Of a stretch of DNA of 53,185 nt, positions 36,005-46,524 are shown in pieces. The notes beneath the pieces are model-generated. The model saw only the letters and a program-made list of their open reading frames with translations, had not been told where the DNA came from and did no database searches. Location of the stretch: NCBI GenBank assembly GCA_964542435.1, contig CAZIVE010000004.1:1-53185 (forward strand), read 5' to 3'. Position 1 is the stretch's first letter; each line of letters opens with the position of its first letter. The DNA comes from an uncultured Parabacteroides sp. (GTDB lineage: Bacteria > Bacteroidota > Bacteroidia > Bacteroidales > Tannerellaceae). Made by a program: the position numbers and the translations under genes.

Positions 36005-37765
36005 ATGTATAGAACAAAAACATGCGGCGAATTACGCCGTTCAGACGTTGGTCAGACAGTTGTACTCGCAGGTTGGGTACAGAGAATTCGTAAGATGGGA
36101 GGAATGACGTTTGTAGATCTTCGCGATCGTTACGGCATTACACAGTTGGTCTTTAATCAGGATGCCAATCCCGAGTTGTGCGAACAGGCAAATAAACTGG
36201 GTCGTGAGTTTGTCATTCAAGTGGAAGGTTCGGTAAACGAGCGCTCCAACAAGAACATAAACATCCCAACCGGTGAGATAGAGTTGATCGTATCCAAGCT
36301 CAATCTTCTCAATGCTTCTCTGACTCCTCCTTTTACCATTGAGGAGAATACGGATGGAGGCGATGACCTGCGTATGAAATACAGATATCTGGACCTTCGT
36401 CGTCCAAATGTACGTTCCAACATTGAACTGCGTCATCGCATGACGATGGAGGTACGCCGTTATCTTGACAGCCTTGGATTCCTTGAAATAGAAACTCCGA
36501 TGCTGATCGGATCCACACCGGAAGGCGCGCGCGACTTTGTCGTTCCGTCACGTATGAACCCTGGTCAGTTTTATGCTTTGCCTCAATCACCTCAGACCTT
36601 GAAGGAGTTGCTGATGGTTGCAGGAATGGATCGTTACTTCCAGATTGTAAAATGTTTCCGTGACGAGGATCTGCGCGCTGATCGTCAGCCTGAGTTTACG
36701 CAGATTGACTGTGAAATGAGTTTCGTGGAGCAGGAGGACATTCTTGAAATCTTCGAAGGCATGGCGAAACATCTTTTCAAGACGATTCGCGGGATCGATA
36801 TCAAAGAGCCATTTTTACGTCTGACGTGGGCGGATGCTATGAAACGTTTTGGTAGTGATAAACCTGATATGCGTTTCGGAATGGAATTCGTTGAGATCAA
36901 AGATATCATGCAAGGACACGGTTTCTCTGTCTTTGATGAGGCCAAATATATTGGAGGCATCTGTGCCGAAGGTGCAGCAACCTATACGCGTAAGCAGCTG
37001 GATGCTTTGACGGAGTACATCAAGAAACCGCAGATCGGTGCCAAGGGCATGGTTTATGCTCGTGTGGAAGCCGATGGTTCCGTGAAGTCGAGCGTGGATA
37101 AATTTTATTCACAGGATGTACTTCAGCAGATGAAAGCTGCGTTCGGTGCCAAACCGGGCGATTTGATCCTGATCCTGAGTGGCGATAACGTCATGAAGAC
37201 ACGCAAACAGTTGAACGAACTGCGTTTGAAGGTTGCTGATGAATTGGGATTGAGAGATAAGAACAAGTTTGCACTTCTTTGGGTGACTGATTTCCCATTG
37301 TTCGAATGGAGCGATGAAGAACAGCGCTTGATGGCAACACATCATCCTTTCACAAGTCCGAACCTCGACGATGTGCCTTTGCTGGAAACAGAGCCGGAGA
37401 AGGTTCGTGCCATCGCTTATGATATGGTTTGCAACGGCATTGAAGTGGGCGGAGGAAGTGTCCGTATCAACAATCCGCAGCTTCAGGATAAGATGTTCAA
37501 GATACTCGGCTTTACAGAAGAACGCGCTCAAGAGCAGTTCGGCTTCCTGATGAATGCCTTCAAGTATGGAGCACCGCCTCACGCAGGTTTGGCTTATGGC
37601 TTGGACCGTTGGGTCAGCATATTTGCCGGTCTTGACAGTATCCGCGACTGCATCGCATTCCCGAAGAACAATTCGGGTCGTGATGTGATGCTGGATGCTC
37701 CGGCACCTATCGAACAGAAGCAGTTGGATGAACTGCATCTGATTGTCGATGTAAAGAAACAATAG
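36005..37765 (+). CDS. aspS: Aspartate--tRNA ligase
   Basis: The protein is 586 aa from the ATG at 36005 ([11 protein letters not shown]). It has an OB-fold N-domain, class II motifs ([25 protein letters not shown]) and a GAD insertion. The track start at 35954 is an upstream TTG extension. Confidence 0.95.
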   Translation: MYRTKTCGELRRSDVGQTVVLAGWVQRIRKMGGMTFVDLRDRYGITQLVFNQDANPELCEQANKLGREFVIQVEGSVNERSNKNINIPTGEIELIVSKLNLLNASLTPPFTIEENTDGGDDLRMKYRYLDLRRPNVRSNIELRHRMTMEVRRYLDSLGFLEIETPMLIGSTPEGARDFVVPSRMNPGQFYALPQSPQTLKELLMVAGMDRYFQIVKCFRDEDLRADRQPEFTQIDCEMSFVEQEDILEIFEGMAKHLFKTIRGIDIKEPFLRLTWADAMKRFGSDKPDMRFGMEFVEIKDIMQGHGFSVFDEAKYIGGICAEGAATYTRKQLDALTEYIKKPQIGAKGMVYARVEADGSVKSSVDKFYSQDVLQQMKAAFGAKPGDLILILSGDNVMKTRKQLNELRLKVADELGLRDKNKFALLWVTDFPLFEWSDEEQRLMATHHPFTSPNLDDVPLLETEPEKVRAIAYDMVCNGIEVGGGSVRINNPQLQDKMFKILGFTEERAQEQFGFLMNAFKYGAPPHAGLAYGLDRWVSIFAGLDSIRDCIAFPKNNSGRDVMLDAPAPIEQKQLDELHLIVDVKKQ

Positions 37766-37772
37766 ATCATCA

Positions 37773-38870
37773 ATGTTGAAAGTAAGAGATATAATCAGGG
37801 AAATAGAGCAGGTTGCGCCACTCTCGCTGCAGGAGTCTTATGACAATGCAGGCGTTCAGATCGGCAATGTCAATCAGAACGCAACGGGTGCGCTTCTCTG
37901 TCTCGACGTCACGGAAGAGGTGGTTGATGAAGCGATCGATTGCGATTGCAACCTCATCATCTCGCATCATCCGCTGGCTTTTCATCCTTTTAAGTCTCTT
38001 ACCGGAAAGACCTATATCGAACGTTGCATGATCAAAGCCTGCAAGCACGATATCGTGCTCTATGCAGCACATACGAATCTCGATAATGCAGAAGGCGGCG
38101 TCAATTATAAACTCGCTGAGATCATCGGCTTGCAGAATGTCCGAATCCTCAGTCCCAAGACCGATGGATTGTTGAAGCTTGTCGCCTTTGTCCCCGAATC
38201 GTATGCGGAGATCGTACGTACAACGTTATTCAATGCAGGAGCAGGATGCGTAGGCAACTATGATTCGTGCAGCTACAATGTGAAGGGTGAAGGAACATTC
38301 AAAGCAAATGAAGGTTGCCATCCTTTCTGTGGAGAGATCGGAACGCTCCATAAAGAACCGGAGGTGCGTATTGAAACCATCCTTCCCGCTTATCGCCGAG
38401 CTACTGTGACTCGCGCTTTGCTTTCGGTCCATCCTTATGAAGAGCCGGCCTACGACTTTTATCCTGTTGCCAATTATTGGTTTCAGGCAGGAAGTGGTAT
38501 CGTGGGAGAACTTCCGGACAGTGAAGACGAAATGAGTTTCCTGCAGCGGGTGAAAGATCAACTGCACGCTGATAGCATCAAATATTCCAAGACTTCGGGA
38601 CGTTCGATCCGAGAAGTGGCGATTTGCAGTGGTGCAGGCGCTTTCCTTATCAAGGATGCCATCAATTATGGAGCGGATGTCTTTATCACGGGCGAGGCTC
38701 ACTACAATGACTTTTATGATGTGGAAGATGAGATCCTGCTGGTCGTTGCCGGACATTATGAGACAGAGGTTTGCACGAAAGATATCTTTTATGACATCAT
38801 ATCGAAAAAATTCCCTACCTTTGCGGTGCATTTTTCAAATGTAAATTCAAACCCAGTTAAATATTTATAG
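37773..38870 (+). CDS. Nif3-like dinuclear metal-centre protein (GTP cyclohydrolase I type 2 homolog)
   Basis: The ORF is 365 aa. It has the NIF3 motifs LIISHHPLAF, YAAHTNLD and GHYETE, with an inserted PII-like domain. Confidence 0.85.
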   Translation: MLKVRDIIREIEQVAPLSLQESYDNAGVQIGNVNQNATGALLCLDVTEEVVDEAIDCDCNLIISHHPLAFHPFKSLTGKTYIERCMIKACKHDIVLYAAHTNLDNAEGGVNYKLAEIIGLQNVRILSPKTDGLLKLVAFVPESYAEIVRTTLFNAGAGCVGNYDSCSYNVKGEGTFKANEGCHPFCGEIGTLHKEPEVRIETILPAYRRATVTRALLSVHPYEEPAYDFYPVANYWFQAGSGIVGELPDSEDEMSFLQRVKDQLHADSIKYSKTSGRSIREVAICSGAGAFLIKDAINYGADVFITGEAHYNDFYDVEDEILLVVAGHYETEVCTKDIFYDIISKKFPTFAVHFSNVNSNPVKYL

Positions 38871-38873
38871 AAT

Positions 38874-39656
38874 ATGGCTACAGAGAAAGATTCAGATAAG
38901 TTGTCGTCAGCTGAAAAAGAGATTACAATGGAGGAGAAGCTCTCCACATTGTATAAGCTGCAAACGACAATGAGTGACATCGACAAGATCAAAACACTTA
39001 GAGGTGAACTTCCTCTGGAAGTACGCGATCTGGAAGATGAGATCGGAGGTCTTCAAACTCGTTATCAGAACTTCCAGAATGACATCAAGGATATGGAAGC
39101 TGCCATTGCCGAGCAGAAAAATAAGATCACGCAGTCGAATGCATTGACTGAAAAATATAAGGCTCAACTTGACGAGGTACGTAACAACCGTGAATTTGAT
39201 AACCTTTCCAAGGAAATTGAATATCAGGGATTGGAAGTTGAGTTCTCAGAAAAGGAGATCAAGAAGTTTACGGAGGCAATCGAACAGAAGAAGAAAGATA
39301 TTGAAGATCTGGTTCAGCTGCTCAATACTCGCAAGGAAGACTTGGTGCAGAAACAGAAGGAACTGGAGCAGATCATCTCTGAAACCAAACAGGATGAGGA
39401 GAAGCTTCGTGACAAGGCAAAGAAATTGGAGACTACAATCGAGCCGCGTCTGTTGGCAGCATTTAAGCGTATCCGTAAAGGTGCACACAATGGTTTGGCT
39501 GTCGTCTATGTACAAAGAGGTGCTTGCGGTGGTTGCTTTAATAAGATTCCGCCTCAGAGACAGCTTGATGTCAAGATGCGTAAAAAGATCATCGTTTGCG
39601 AATATTGCGGACGAATCCTGATTGATCCCGAATTGGCGGGTGTACAAGAGTCGTGA
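38874..39656 (+). CDS. Coiled-coil protein with a C4 zinc ribbon (COG1579-type, usual Nif3 neighbour)
   Basis: The ORF is 260 aa with long heptad-rich coiled coils and then CGGCFNKIP...CEYCGRIL. Confidence 0.7.
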   Translation: MATEKDSDKLSSAEKEITMEEKLSTLYKLQTTMSDIDKIKTLRGELPLEVRDLEDEIGGLQTRYQNFQNDIKDMEAAIAEQKNKITQSNALTEKYKAQLDEVRNNREFDNLSKEIEYQGLEVEFSEKEIKKFTEAIEQKKKDIEDLVQLLNTRKEDLVQKQKELEQIISETKQDEEKLRDKAKKLETTIEPRLLAAFKRIRKGAHNGLAVVYVQRGACGGCFNKIPPQRQLDVKMRKKIIVCEYCGRILIDPELAGVQES

Positions 39657-39661
39657 TATAA

Positions 39662-41002
39662 ATGCGCGACAAGGTCCTCGCCTTCATAAAAAGTCATGAC
39701 CTGCTGAATGATAAAGAACCTGTTCTTGTAGGTTTCAGCGGAGGAGGAGATTCGATAGCCCTGCTTACCATCTTGGTAAAGCTGGGCTTTTCATGTGTAG
39801 CAGCTCATTGTAATTTTCATCTGCGCGGTGACGAATCTTTGCGTGATGAAATGTTTTCGCGTCAATATGCAGATTCGCTGCACGTTCCTTTCTACAAGAC
39901 GGATTTTGATACACTGCACTATGCGGAGGAAAAAGGCATATCTGTTGAGATGGCCGCAAGAGAACTTCGCTATGATTGGTTTGAGAAACTGCGCGTTCAG
40001 ATAGGAGCCCAGGCAATTGCCATTGCACATCATCGTGATGACAGCATCGAAACGCTTCTCATCAATCTGATTCGTGGTACGGGAATTCATGGCTTGACTG
40101 GCATTCGTCTGCGGAATGGTTTTGTGGTTCGTCCGTTGTTATGTGTGGGAAAAGAGGAAATTCTCGCTTGGCTGAAGGAAAATAAGATTGACTTTGTGAC
40201 CGACAGCACGAATCTTTCGGATGCATATGTCCGCAATTATATACGTATCGATCTTCTCCCGATGTTGGAAAATGTCAATCCTTCGGTACGGGAAGCATTG
40301 GAACGGACAGCCGAGCATTTATCTGATGCTGCCATCATCTATGATGCAGCGATTGAGGAGGCCAAACGAAATATTTTCATTGCCAAGGATAAAATCTCAA
40401 TAGAGAAGCTTCAGCACTATCCGGCGCCGGAGACGTTGCTGTATGAATCACTTCATTCCTTCGGCTTTACTGCATCGGTCGTGCTGGATATTTTCCGTTC
40501 CTTGAATGGAGAATCCGGAAAGCAGTTCTATTCTCCGACGCATTATGTGCTGAAAGATCGTGATTGTCTGTTGATTTCTTCCGTGGAGAAACCGGATGAG
40601 GTTTGCTGTTATGTGGGTTCTGAAGATGGTTCCATGGATGTTCCCATTTCATTGGCTTGGGAAACGAAAGAGATTAACGGTGCTTTCCGGATAACGAAAG
40701 ATAAAGCTGTGGCTACGTTTGATTTGGGTAAGCTTGAATTCCCTCTGGAATTGCGCCATTGGAAAGAGGGCGATTCTTTTGTACCATTCGGTATGAAAGG
40801 CAGAAAGAAGGTAAGTGATTACTTTTCCGATCATAAATTCAGTCGTATCGAAAAAGAATGTACTTGGCTGCTTTGCTGCAAAGAAACGATAATTTGGATT
40901 GTCGGAGAGCGAACAGATGATAATCATAGAATAGATGAAGGAACAAAAAAGGCGTTTGTGATAAAATATTTGCCGAAGGAAGATGATAAACGAAATAAAT
41001 GA
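39662..41002 (+). CDS. tilS: tRNA(Ile)-lysidine synthetase
   Basis: The ORF is 446 aa with the PP-loop motif VGFSGGGDSIAL. Its size and C-terminal domain are typical of TilS. Confidence 0.9.
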   Translation: MRDKVLAFIKSHDLLNDKEPVLVGFSGGGDSIALLTILVKLGFSCVAAHCNFHLRGDESLRDEMFSRQYADSLHVPFYKTDFDTLHYAEEKGISVEMAARELRYDWFEKLRVQIGAQAIAIAHHRDDSIETLLINLIRGTGIHGLTGIRLRNGFVVRPLLCVGKEEILAWLKENKIDFVTDSTNLSDAYVRNYIRIDLLPMLENVNPSVREALERTAEHLSDAAIIYDAAIEEAKRNIFIAKDKISIEKLQHYPAPETLLYESLHSFGFTASVVLDIFRSLNGESGKQFYSPTHYVLKDRDCLLISSVEKPDEVCCYVGSEDGSMDVPISLAWETKEINGAFRITKDKAVATFDLGKLEFPLELRHWKEGDSFVPFGMKGRKKVSDYFSDHKFSRIEKECTWLLCCKETIIWIVGERTDDNHRIDEGTKKAFVIKYLPKEDDKRNK

Positions 41003-41003
41003 C

Positions 41004-41011
41004 TATATTTG
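41004..41011 (+). promoter_or_regulatory. -7 promoter box (TAnnTTTG) for rho, implying a leader of about 140 nt
   Basis: tatatttg lies immediately after the tilS stop codon and 150 nt upstream of the rho ATG. Confidence 0.4.
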
Positions 41012-41160
41012 CAGCGTTTTACTCCGCAGATATGTTTCTAATGTTTCAGTTAGATCAACAATCCGGTTTACAATCAGTCAAAATAATTTTTAATGTTTAA
41101 GTAATGCCTCATAGTGCTTAATCAGCTCTGATATGCACGGCATTTATTATTATCCTTATT

Positions 41161-43215
41161 ATGCAGAAATATAATATTCTTGAACTCACGGAGAAAGAGC
41201 TTCCCCAGTTGCAGTCCATTGCGTCCGAATTGGGTGTTGAAAAAGTTGAAAGCTTTGCCAAAGAAGATCTGGTTTATAGAATTTTGGATGAACAGGCGAT
41301 CTCTGTCGCTGGTAAGCAGGCTGAAAAAGATGCCTTGAAATCAGGACAGCAGCAAAGTCGTAAAAGAGGTCGTCCAAGAGGAACCGCCAAAACAGCAAAG
41401 CCTTCCGATCCTTCTCCTGCAGTTAACAAGCCCGCAGAGAAAAAAGAAGAGGCACCCAAAACTATTCAGTCCAAGCCTGAACCAAACGCAGAACAACCCG
41501 AAAGGAAAAAACGAATCATCATTGAGAAAAAAGAGAAAGTAGCAGCCGCTATCGCACCTTCTGTTGCAGGTGGCGAAACGAAAGTCTCTAAAGTTCCCCA
41601 AATGATTACAACTGTCACTCCAAAGCCTGTTGTCAATGCTCCTAAACCAGCGCCGAAGCCTGTCGTAACGCCTAATCCCGTTACTCCAAAACCGGCTGAA
41701 GCACCCAACCAGACTTTGTTCAGAGAAGATAAATGGGCACAAGGTGAAAAGCCTCTGCTTCCTCCTGTCGTTGCTGAACTTGAGGACGATTTCGAAGATG
41801 AAATCCCAGCTGAACCAGTTGCTCCAGTAGAAGAAGCACCTGCTCCCGAAACTCCGGTACAGCAGACGGAACAGCCGGAACACGAGAGAATGGTATTCCG
41901 TCATCCGGATTCTAATTCGCTGCTCGATCAGATTTTCCCATTCTCACCGTCTCCTCAGAAAAAGAAGGAACCACAGAATGAGAATCCGCGTCAGATCAAT
42001 AACAAGCGTAACAACAATAACCAGCGCAATAATCCCAATCAGAATCAGAACCAGAATCAGGCTCCGGCTGAACGTCAGTACGACTTCGAAGGAATTCTCA
42101 ATGGTTCGGGTGTGCTTGAGATGATGCCTGACGGATACGGATTCCTCCGTTCTTCCGATTATAATTATCTGACATCGCCTGATGATATCTACGTTTCTCA
42201 GTCGCAGATCAAACTCTTCGGACTGAAAACCGGTGATGTTGTGGAAGGTACCATCCGTCCGCCGAAAGAGGGAGAAAAATATTTCCCATTGGTTAAGGTG
42301 GATTCCATCAATGGATGTTCACCGGAACAGATCCGTGATCGCGTTCCCTTTGATCATCTGACGCCGCTCTTCCCTGACGAGAAGTTCATGCTTACAGCTA
42401 AGCAGTCTCCGAAGGTGTATGACAATATCGCCGTTCGCGTGGTGGATCTTTTCTCACCGATCGGTAAAGGACAGCGCGGTCTGATCGTTGCTCAGCCAAA
42501 GACCGGTAAGACAATGTTGCTTAAAGATATCGCCAATGCCATCGCTTTCAACCATCCTGAAGTGTATATGTTCGTCCTTTTGATTGACGAACGTCCTGAG
42601 GAGGTTACCGATATGGCTCGCAGCGTGGATGCCGAGGTTATTGCTTCTACATTCGATGAACCGGCTGATCGCCACGTGAAGATTGCAGAAATTGTTCTGA
42701 ACAAGGCCAAACGTCTGGTTGAATGCGGCCACGATGTGGTTATATTGCTTGACTCCATCACGCGTCTTGCCCGTGCATACAATACGGTACAGCCGGCATC
42801 CGGAAAGGTACTTTCCGGTGGTGTCGATGCCAATGCACTCCAAAAGCCGAAACGCTTCTTCGGTGCGGCTCGTAACATAGAGAACGGCGGAAGTCTGACG
42901 ATCCTTGCCACGGCATTGACCGAGACAGGTTCCAAGATGGATGATGTCATCTTTGAGGAATTCAAGGGAACCGGCAACATGGAACTTCAGCTCGACCGCA
43001 AGCTTTCCAATAAGCGCGTATTCCCGGCTGTCGATATTACCGCATCTAGTACGCGCCGTGATGATCTGTTGCAAGATGAGATGACGCTCAACCGTATGTG
43101 GGTACTGCGTAAGTATCTGTCTGATATGAATTCGATGGAAGCCATGGAGTTTGTAAAGAAACGTCTCGAAGATACGAAGGACAACATGGAGTTCCTTGCT
43201 ACGATGAACAGTTGA
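41161..43215 (+). CDS. rho: Transcription termination factor Rho with a low-complexity insertion of about 250 aa
   Basis: The ORF is 684 aa. It has a Rho N-terminal helical region, then a Pro/Lys/Glu/Asn-rich insert, then a CSD-like RNA-binding domain ([14 protein letters not shown]). The ATPase has Walker A AQPKTGKT and [10 protein letters not shown]. Confidence 0.95.
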   Translation: MQKYNILELTEKELPQLQSIASELGVEKVESFAKEDLVYRILDEQAISVAGKQAEKDALKSGQQQSRKRGRPRGTAKTAKPSDPSPAVNKPAEKKEEAPKTIQSKPEPNAEQPERKKRIIIEKKEKVAAAIAPSVAGGETKVSKVPQMITTVTPKPVVNAPKPAPKPVVTPNPVTPKPAEAPNQTLFREDKWAQGEKPLLPPVVAELEDDFEDEIPAEPVAPVEEAPAPETPVQQTEQPEHERMVFRHPDSNSLLDQIFPFSPSPQKKKEPQNENPRQINNKRNNNNQRNNPNQNQNQNQAPAERQYDFEGILNGSGVLEMMPDGYGFLRSSDYNYLTSPDDIYVSQSQIKLFGLKTGDVVEGTIRPPKEGEKYFPLVKVDSINGCSPEQIRDRVPFDHLTPLFPDEKFMLTAKQSPKVYDNIAVRVVDLFSPIGKGQRGLIVAQPKTGKTMLLKDIANAIAFNHPEVYMFVLLIDERPEEVTDMARSVDAEVIASTFDEPADRHVKIAEIVLNKAKRLVECGHDVVILLDSITRLARAYNTVQPASGKVLSGGVDANALQKPKRFFGAARNIENGGSLTILATALTETGSKMDDVIFEEFKGTGNMELQLDRKLSNKRVFPAVDITASSTRRDDLLQDEMTLNRMWVLRKYLSDMNSMEAMEFVKKRLEDTKDNMEFLATMNS

Positions 43216-43236
43216 GATTCTCCCCATTAAGATATG

Positions 43237-43281
43237 AAAGGCTTGCAGTGCGGTGAATCATCGTTTGCGAGCCTTTTTCTT
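43237..43281 (+). terminator. Intrinsic terminator after rho
   Basis: aaaggcttgca pairs with tgcgagccttt (one G-U pair) and is followed by ttct. Confidence 0.6.
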
Positions 43282-43307
43282 GTTATAGGAACAAAAAGTG
43301 ATTTGAA

Positions 43308-45107
43308 ATGGATAAAGAAGAAGCATTTTACAAAGAAATTATAAGGGATTCAGCCATCAAGCTGGAAGCATTGAAGAGGCGGATACATCTGATCGGCAGT
43401 TTCCGATTGCTGGTGGTGTTGATGGCCGCTTTTTCTCTCTGGCTGTTTCGTGACGAGAGCTGGAGTTTACGGCTTCTGGTACTTTTGGCTTGTGCCGTCG
43501 TCTTTATTCTGCTTATGATATATCACAACCGGCTTTTCGCACGGAAAGAGTATCACGATAAGCTGCAGAAATGTTGTATGGACGAGCTTTCTGCACTTAA
43601 CTACGACTTCTCGTCCTTTGCTGACGGCAGTGAGTTTATTGATCGCGATCATGCGTTCAGTCTCGACTTGGATCTATTTGGCCCGAGATCTCTTTTCCAA
43701 TCTTTGAACCGTACTGTTACCGCACGTGGCAGACAGATCCTCGCATCGTGGCTTCGCAATCCTATGCTGGAGAAGCGTCTGATCGAGAACCGTCAGAAGG
43801 CTGTGCTGGAGCTTTCTCATAAGATCCGTCTCTGTCTTCATTTTAGAGTGAAAGGTACCATTGCAGCCAGCGAGATGTCTGATTGTTCGGCTGGACTGGG
43901 ATTATTGGCTAAAAAAAGCAGACCGATCCGAAGCAGCCTCGTTCAGAAAATTCTCATGACCACTGTTCCTGTCGTTTGGGCTCTCCTCATATTCGCCACT
44001 GCGATGAATTGGATAGGAGCAACGTGGCTGACGATCTGGTTTGTGGTTTCTCTATTCTTGGCGAACATGAAGGCAAAGGAGATTGCGCGACTGTGCAACC
44101 TTGTGAATCATGCCGAACAGCTGTTCCAGTCCTATGCAGGCTTGATGCAGCTTCTGGAAAAGCAGGATTTTGAGACCGAAGAGCTGAAGGCCATCTCGAC
44201 GACGCTCAAAGACGATCATGAATATGCTTCTGTTGCTATAGGACGGTTGTCGAAAATCATTAATGCGCTGGATCAGCGGTTCAGTCTTGCCGGACTTATT
44301 CTCAATCTGTTGTATTTGCGCGACGTACGTCATGCTGTCAAACTCGGCCAATGGGCGGAAGATCATGTCGCTGCGGCCGATCGTTGGATGGAAGCATTGT
44401 CTCAGTTTGATGCGTTGGTTTCTTTGGGAGGCTTTGCCTTCAATCATCCCGATTATATCTATCCAACCATCACGGAGCACTATTTCTGCCTGCAAGGAGA
44501 AGAACTTGGACATCCTTTGATGAAAAGGGAAAACTGTGTGACGAATCCTGTGGATATTCCTTGCAGCCCACGCTTTATCATCATCACGGGAGCGAACATG
44601 GCAGGTAAAAGTACCTATCTTCGAACCGTTGGAGTCAATTATCTACTAGCGCTTTGCGGACTTCCTGTGTTTGCCAAGCAGTTGGCCGTATCTCCGGCTT
44701 CCTTGGTTACGAGTCTTCGTACGACGGATTCGCTGGTCGGCAATGAATCCTATTTCTTTGCAGAGTTAAAACGACTGAAGATGATTATCGATCATTTGAA
44801 AAGTGGAGAGAAGTTATTCATCATCTTGGATGAGATTCTGAAAGGCACCAATTCTGTGGATCGTCAGAAAGGTTCTATTGCATTGATTCGTCAGCTCATC
44901 GCTTTGGGCGGCTGCGGAATCGTTGCGACACACGATCTTTCCATCGGTTCGTTGGCCGATGAGAATCCCGAAGCTGTGGTCAACGGCTGTTTCGAGTCCG
45001 AGATCAAAGAGGGAGAGCTTTCCTTCGCCTACAAACTCGGTGACGGAATCGCCCGCAATATGAACGCCTGTTTCCTGATGAAGAAGATGGGAATCGTCAT
45101 GGAATAA
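43308..45107 (+). CDS. Membrane-anchored MutS-related ATPase (MutS domain V only)
   Basis: The ORF is 599 aa. TM helices are near residues 28-70 and 205-250. It has the MutS ABC-ATPase motifs ITGANMAGKSTYLR, FIILDEILKGTNS and VATHD. There is no mismatch-binding domain I. Confidence 0.75.
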   Translation: MDKEEAFYKEIIRDSAIKLEALKRRIHLIGSFRLLVVLMAAFSLWLFRDESWSLRLLVLLACAVVFILLMIYHNRLFARKEYHDKLQKCCMDELSALNYDFSSFADGSEFIDRDHAFSLDLDLFGPRSLFQSLNRTVTARGRQILASWLRNPMLEKRLIENRQKAVLELSHKIRLCLHFRVKGTIAASEMSDCSAGLGLLAKKSRPIRSSLVQKILMTTVPVVWALLIFATAMNWIGATWLTIWFVVSLFLANMKAKEIARLCNLVNHAEQLFQSYAGLMQLLEKQDFETEELKAISTTLKDDHEYASVAIGRLSKIINALDQRFSLAGLILNLLYLRDVRHAVKLGQWAEDHVAAADRWMEALSQFDALVSLGGFAFNHPDYIYPTITEHYFCLQGEELGHPLMKRENCVTNPVDIPCSPRFIIITGANMAGKSTYLRTVGVNYLLALCGLPVFAKQLAVSPASLVTSLRTTDSLVGNESYFFAELKRLKMIIDHLKSGEKLFIILDEILKGTNSVDRQKGSIALIRQLIALGGCGIVATHDLSIGSLADENPEAVVNGCFESEIKEGELSFAYKLGDGIARNMNACFLMKKMGIVME

Positions 45108-45242
45108 AGCTCGAAAATAGGGAAGGATAGGAGCGAACCAAAGGAGAAACCTCTTCTTCCGCTTATGGAAAAAAGGCTTCAACATTTCAAAAACCCAAAA
45201 CTGTGGACGGATAAGAATCTTCAGAAACTTTAGCTAAAGTAA

Positions 45243-45285
45243 AAAGAAGGCAGGAAACGGTTTGGGTTTTCTGCCTTCTTTATTT
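45243..45285. terminator. Bidirectional terminator between convergent genes
   Basis: agaaggcag (45245-45253) pairs with ctgccttct (45271-45279). The hairpin is flanked by A-rich sequence upstream and T-rich sequence downstream. Confidence 0.65.
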
Positions 45286-45326
45286 CGATGTCCGTCCGAA
45301 ATTTGATCAGACGGCTGATGTATCGT

Positions 45327-46235
45327 TTACTTTCTGTTTGTCGTTCTTTTCTTTGTGGAAGTACTGGTTGCTTTTCTTGTTGTCGTGCTGCTCTTGGTTG
45401 TAGTAGCGGAAGTGGTCTTCACGACAGCTTTGGTCTGATATTTGGCCTTGACGGTGGGCAACTCCTTTTCAATAGCGGCGATACGGGTTGCGTCACTTGG
45501 GTGCGTACTCAACAGTTCGGGTGTCGTATTGGTGCTGGAGTTGGACATTTTCTGCCAGAAATTGACAGCCACATCCGGATTGTATCCGGCCATTGTCATC
45601 AGGATCAGTCCCATGTAATCTGCTTCGGATTCATGTTTGCGTGAGAAAGGCAGCATAACGCCATATTGAGCACCGAGTCCGTAAACCGTGGAGCCGAGTT
45701 GCTGAACGGCTGTAGAAGAACCACTGAGAACGGTTCCAACAGCAGCTGCACCATATTGTGCAATGAGTTCTTGGCTCATACGTTCGTTACTATGTTTGGC
45801 AACGGCGTGAGCTACTTCGTGACCCAATACGACGGCCAGTTCATCATCCGAAGAGATCAGTGGCATCAAGCCTTCATAAACGACGATCTTGCCGCCGGGC
45901 ATACAAAAGGCGTTGACCTGAGAATCAGCTACGAGGTTGAATTCCCAGGAGAAGTTGGATACTTCCGAATCGAGTCCGTTCTGTTTGAGATAGGCTTCGG
46001 TAGCAGCGGCGATTTTCTTTCCGACGCGTACGACCTGAGCTGTCTGTGTTGCATTGGTCGATTTCTTTGCAGACTTCATATAGGAGTCATACTGTGTAAG
46101 GCTTGACGACAGCACTTCGCTGTCCGATACAAGGAGAACTTGTTTACGACCTGTAAGAGGAACGGTGGAACAGCCTGCTAATATCAGCAAGGAAAACAAT
46201 AGACACGTAATTTTGTTTGTCATAACACTCTGCAT
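45327..46235 (-). CDS. M48-family zinc metallopeptidase lipoprotein with a Thr/Ser/Lys-rich C-terminal tail
   Basis: The ORF is 302 aa with the lipobox LILAGCS and the HEXXH motif in LGHEVAHAV. The tail reads KTTSATTTKSSTTTRKATSTSTKKRTTNRK. Confidence 0.8.
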   Translation of the reverse strand: MQSVMTNKITCLLFSLLILAGCSTVPLTGRKQVLLVSDSEVLSSSLTQYDSYMKSAKKSTNATQTAQVVRVGKKIAAATEAYLKQNGLDSEVSNFSWEFNLVADSQVNAFCMPGGKIVVYEGLMPLISSDDELAVVLGHEVAHAVAKHSNERMSQELIAQYGAAAVGTVLSGSSTAVQQLGSTVYGLGAQYGVMLPFSRKHESEADYMGLILMTMAGYNPDVAVNFWQKMSNSSTNTTPELLSTHPSDATRIAAIEKELPTVKAKYQTKAVVKTTSATTTKSSTTTRKATSTSTKKRTTNRK

Positions 46236-46405
46236 TTAAAATTAATGGTTGAGATAGAGCGTGAGCTGAGTCGAAACTGCTATTGTACGTTTTTTCTCGG
46301 GACAAAATCTATCCCCTTTCTATTCACAAGCAAAAGTATATAAAAATGTTATTGGAGGTTGGCTTTTTTTGTAAAAAAGAAAAGAGGCTTTCCAATCACA
46401 TTTAT

Positions 46406-46413
46406 TATATTTG
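46406..46413 (+). promoter_or_regulatory. -7 promoter box (TAnnTTTG) for the kinase / 5AR operon
   Basis: tatatttg lies 112 nt upstream of the ATG at 46525. Confidence 0.4.
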
Positions 46414-46524
46414 CGTGAAATAAAGGATGAACGCAGATTGGTCACCTTTGAATTTGAATGAGAACAAGCTCTTTGGCCCAAGTCCTATTATTCATCATCT
46501 TTTGTCTTATATTATCTTACAAGA

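Noticed and set aside
41341-41904. A 187-aa ORF lies antisense to the rho insertion. Smaller ORFs lie at 41186-41398, 41274-41459 and 41466-41708.
   Set aside because: The low-complexity sense sequence leaves several frames open. The rho frame is continuous with clearly conserved flanking domains.
45288-45644. A 118-aa Cys/Gly/Ser-rich ORF lies on the plus strand.
   Set aside because: It is antisense to the Thr/Ser/Lys-rich tail and C-terminal part of the M48 peptidase gene. It would also start inside the bidirectional terminator region, and it has no motifs.
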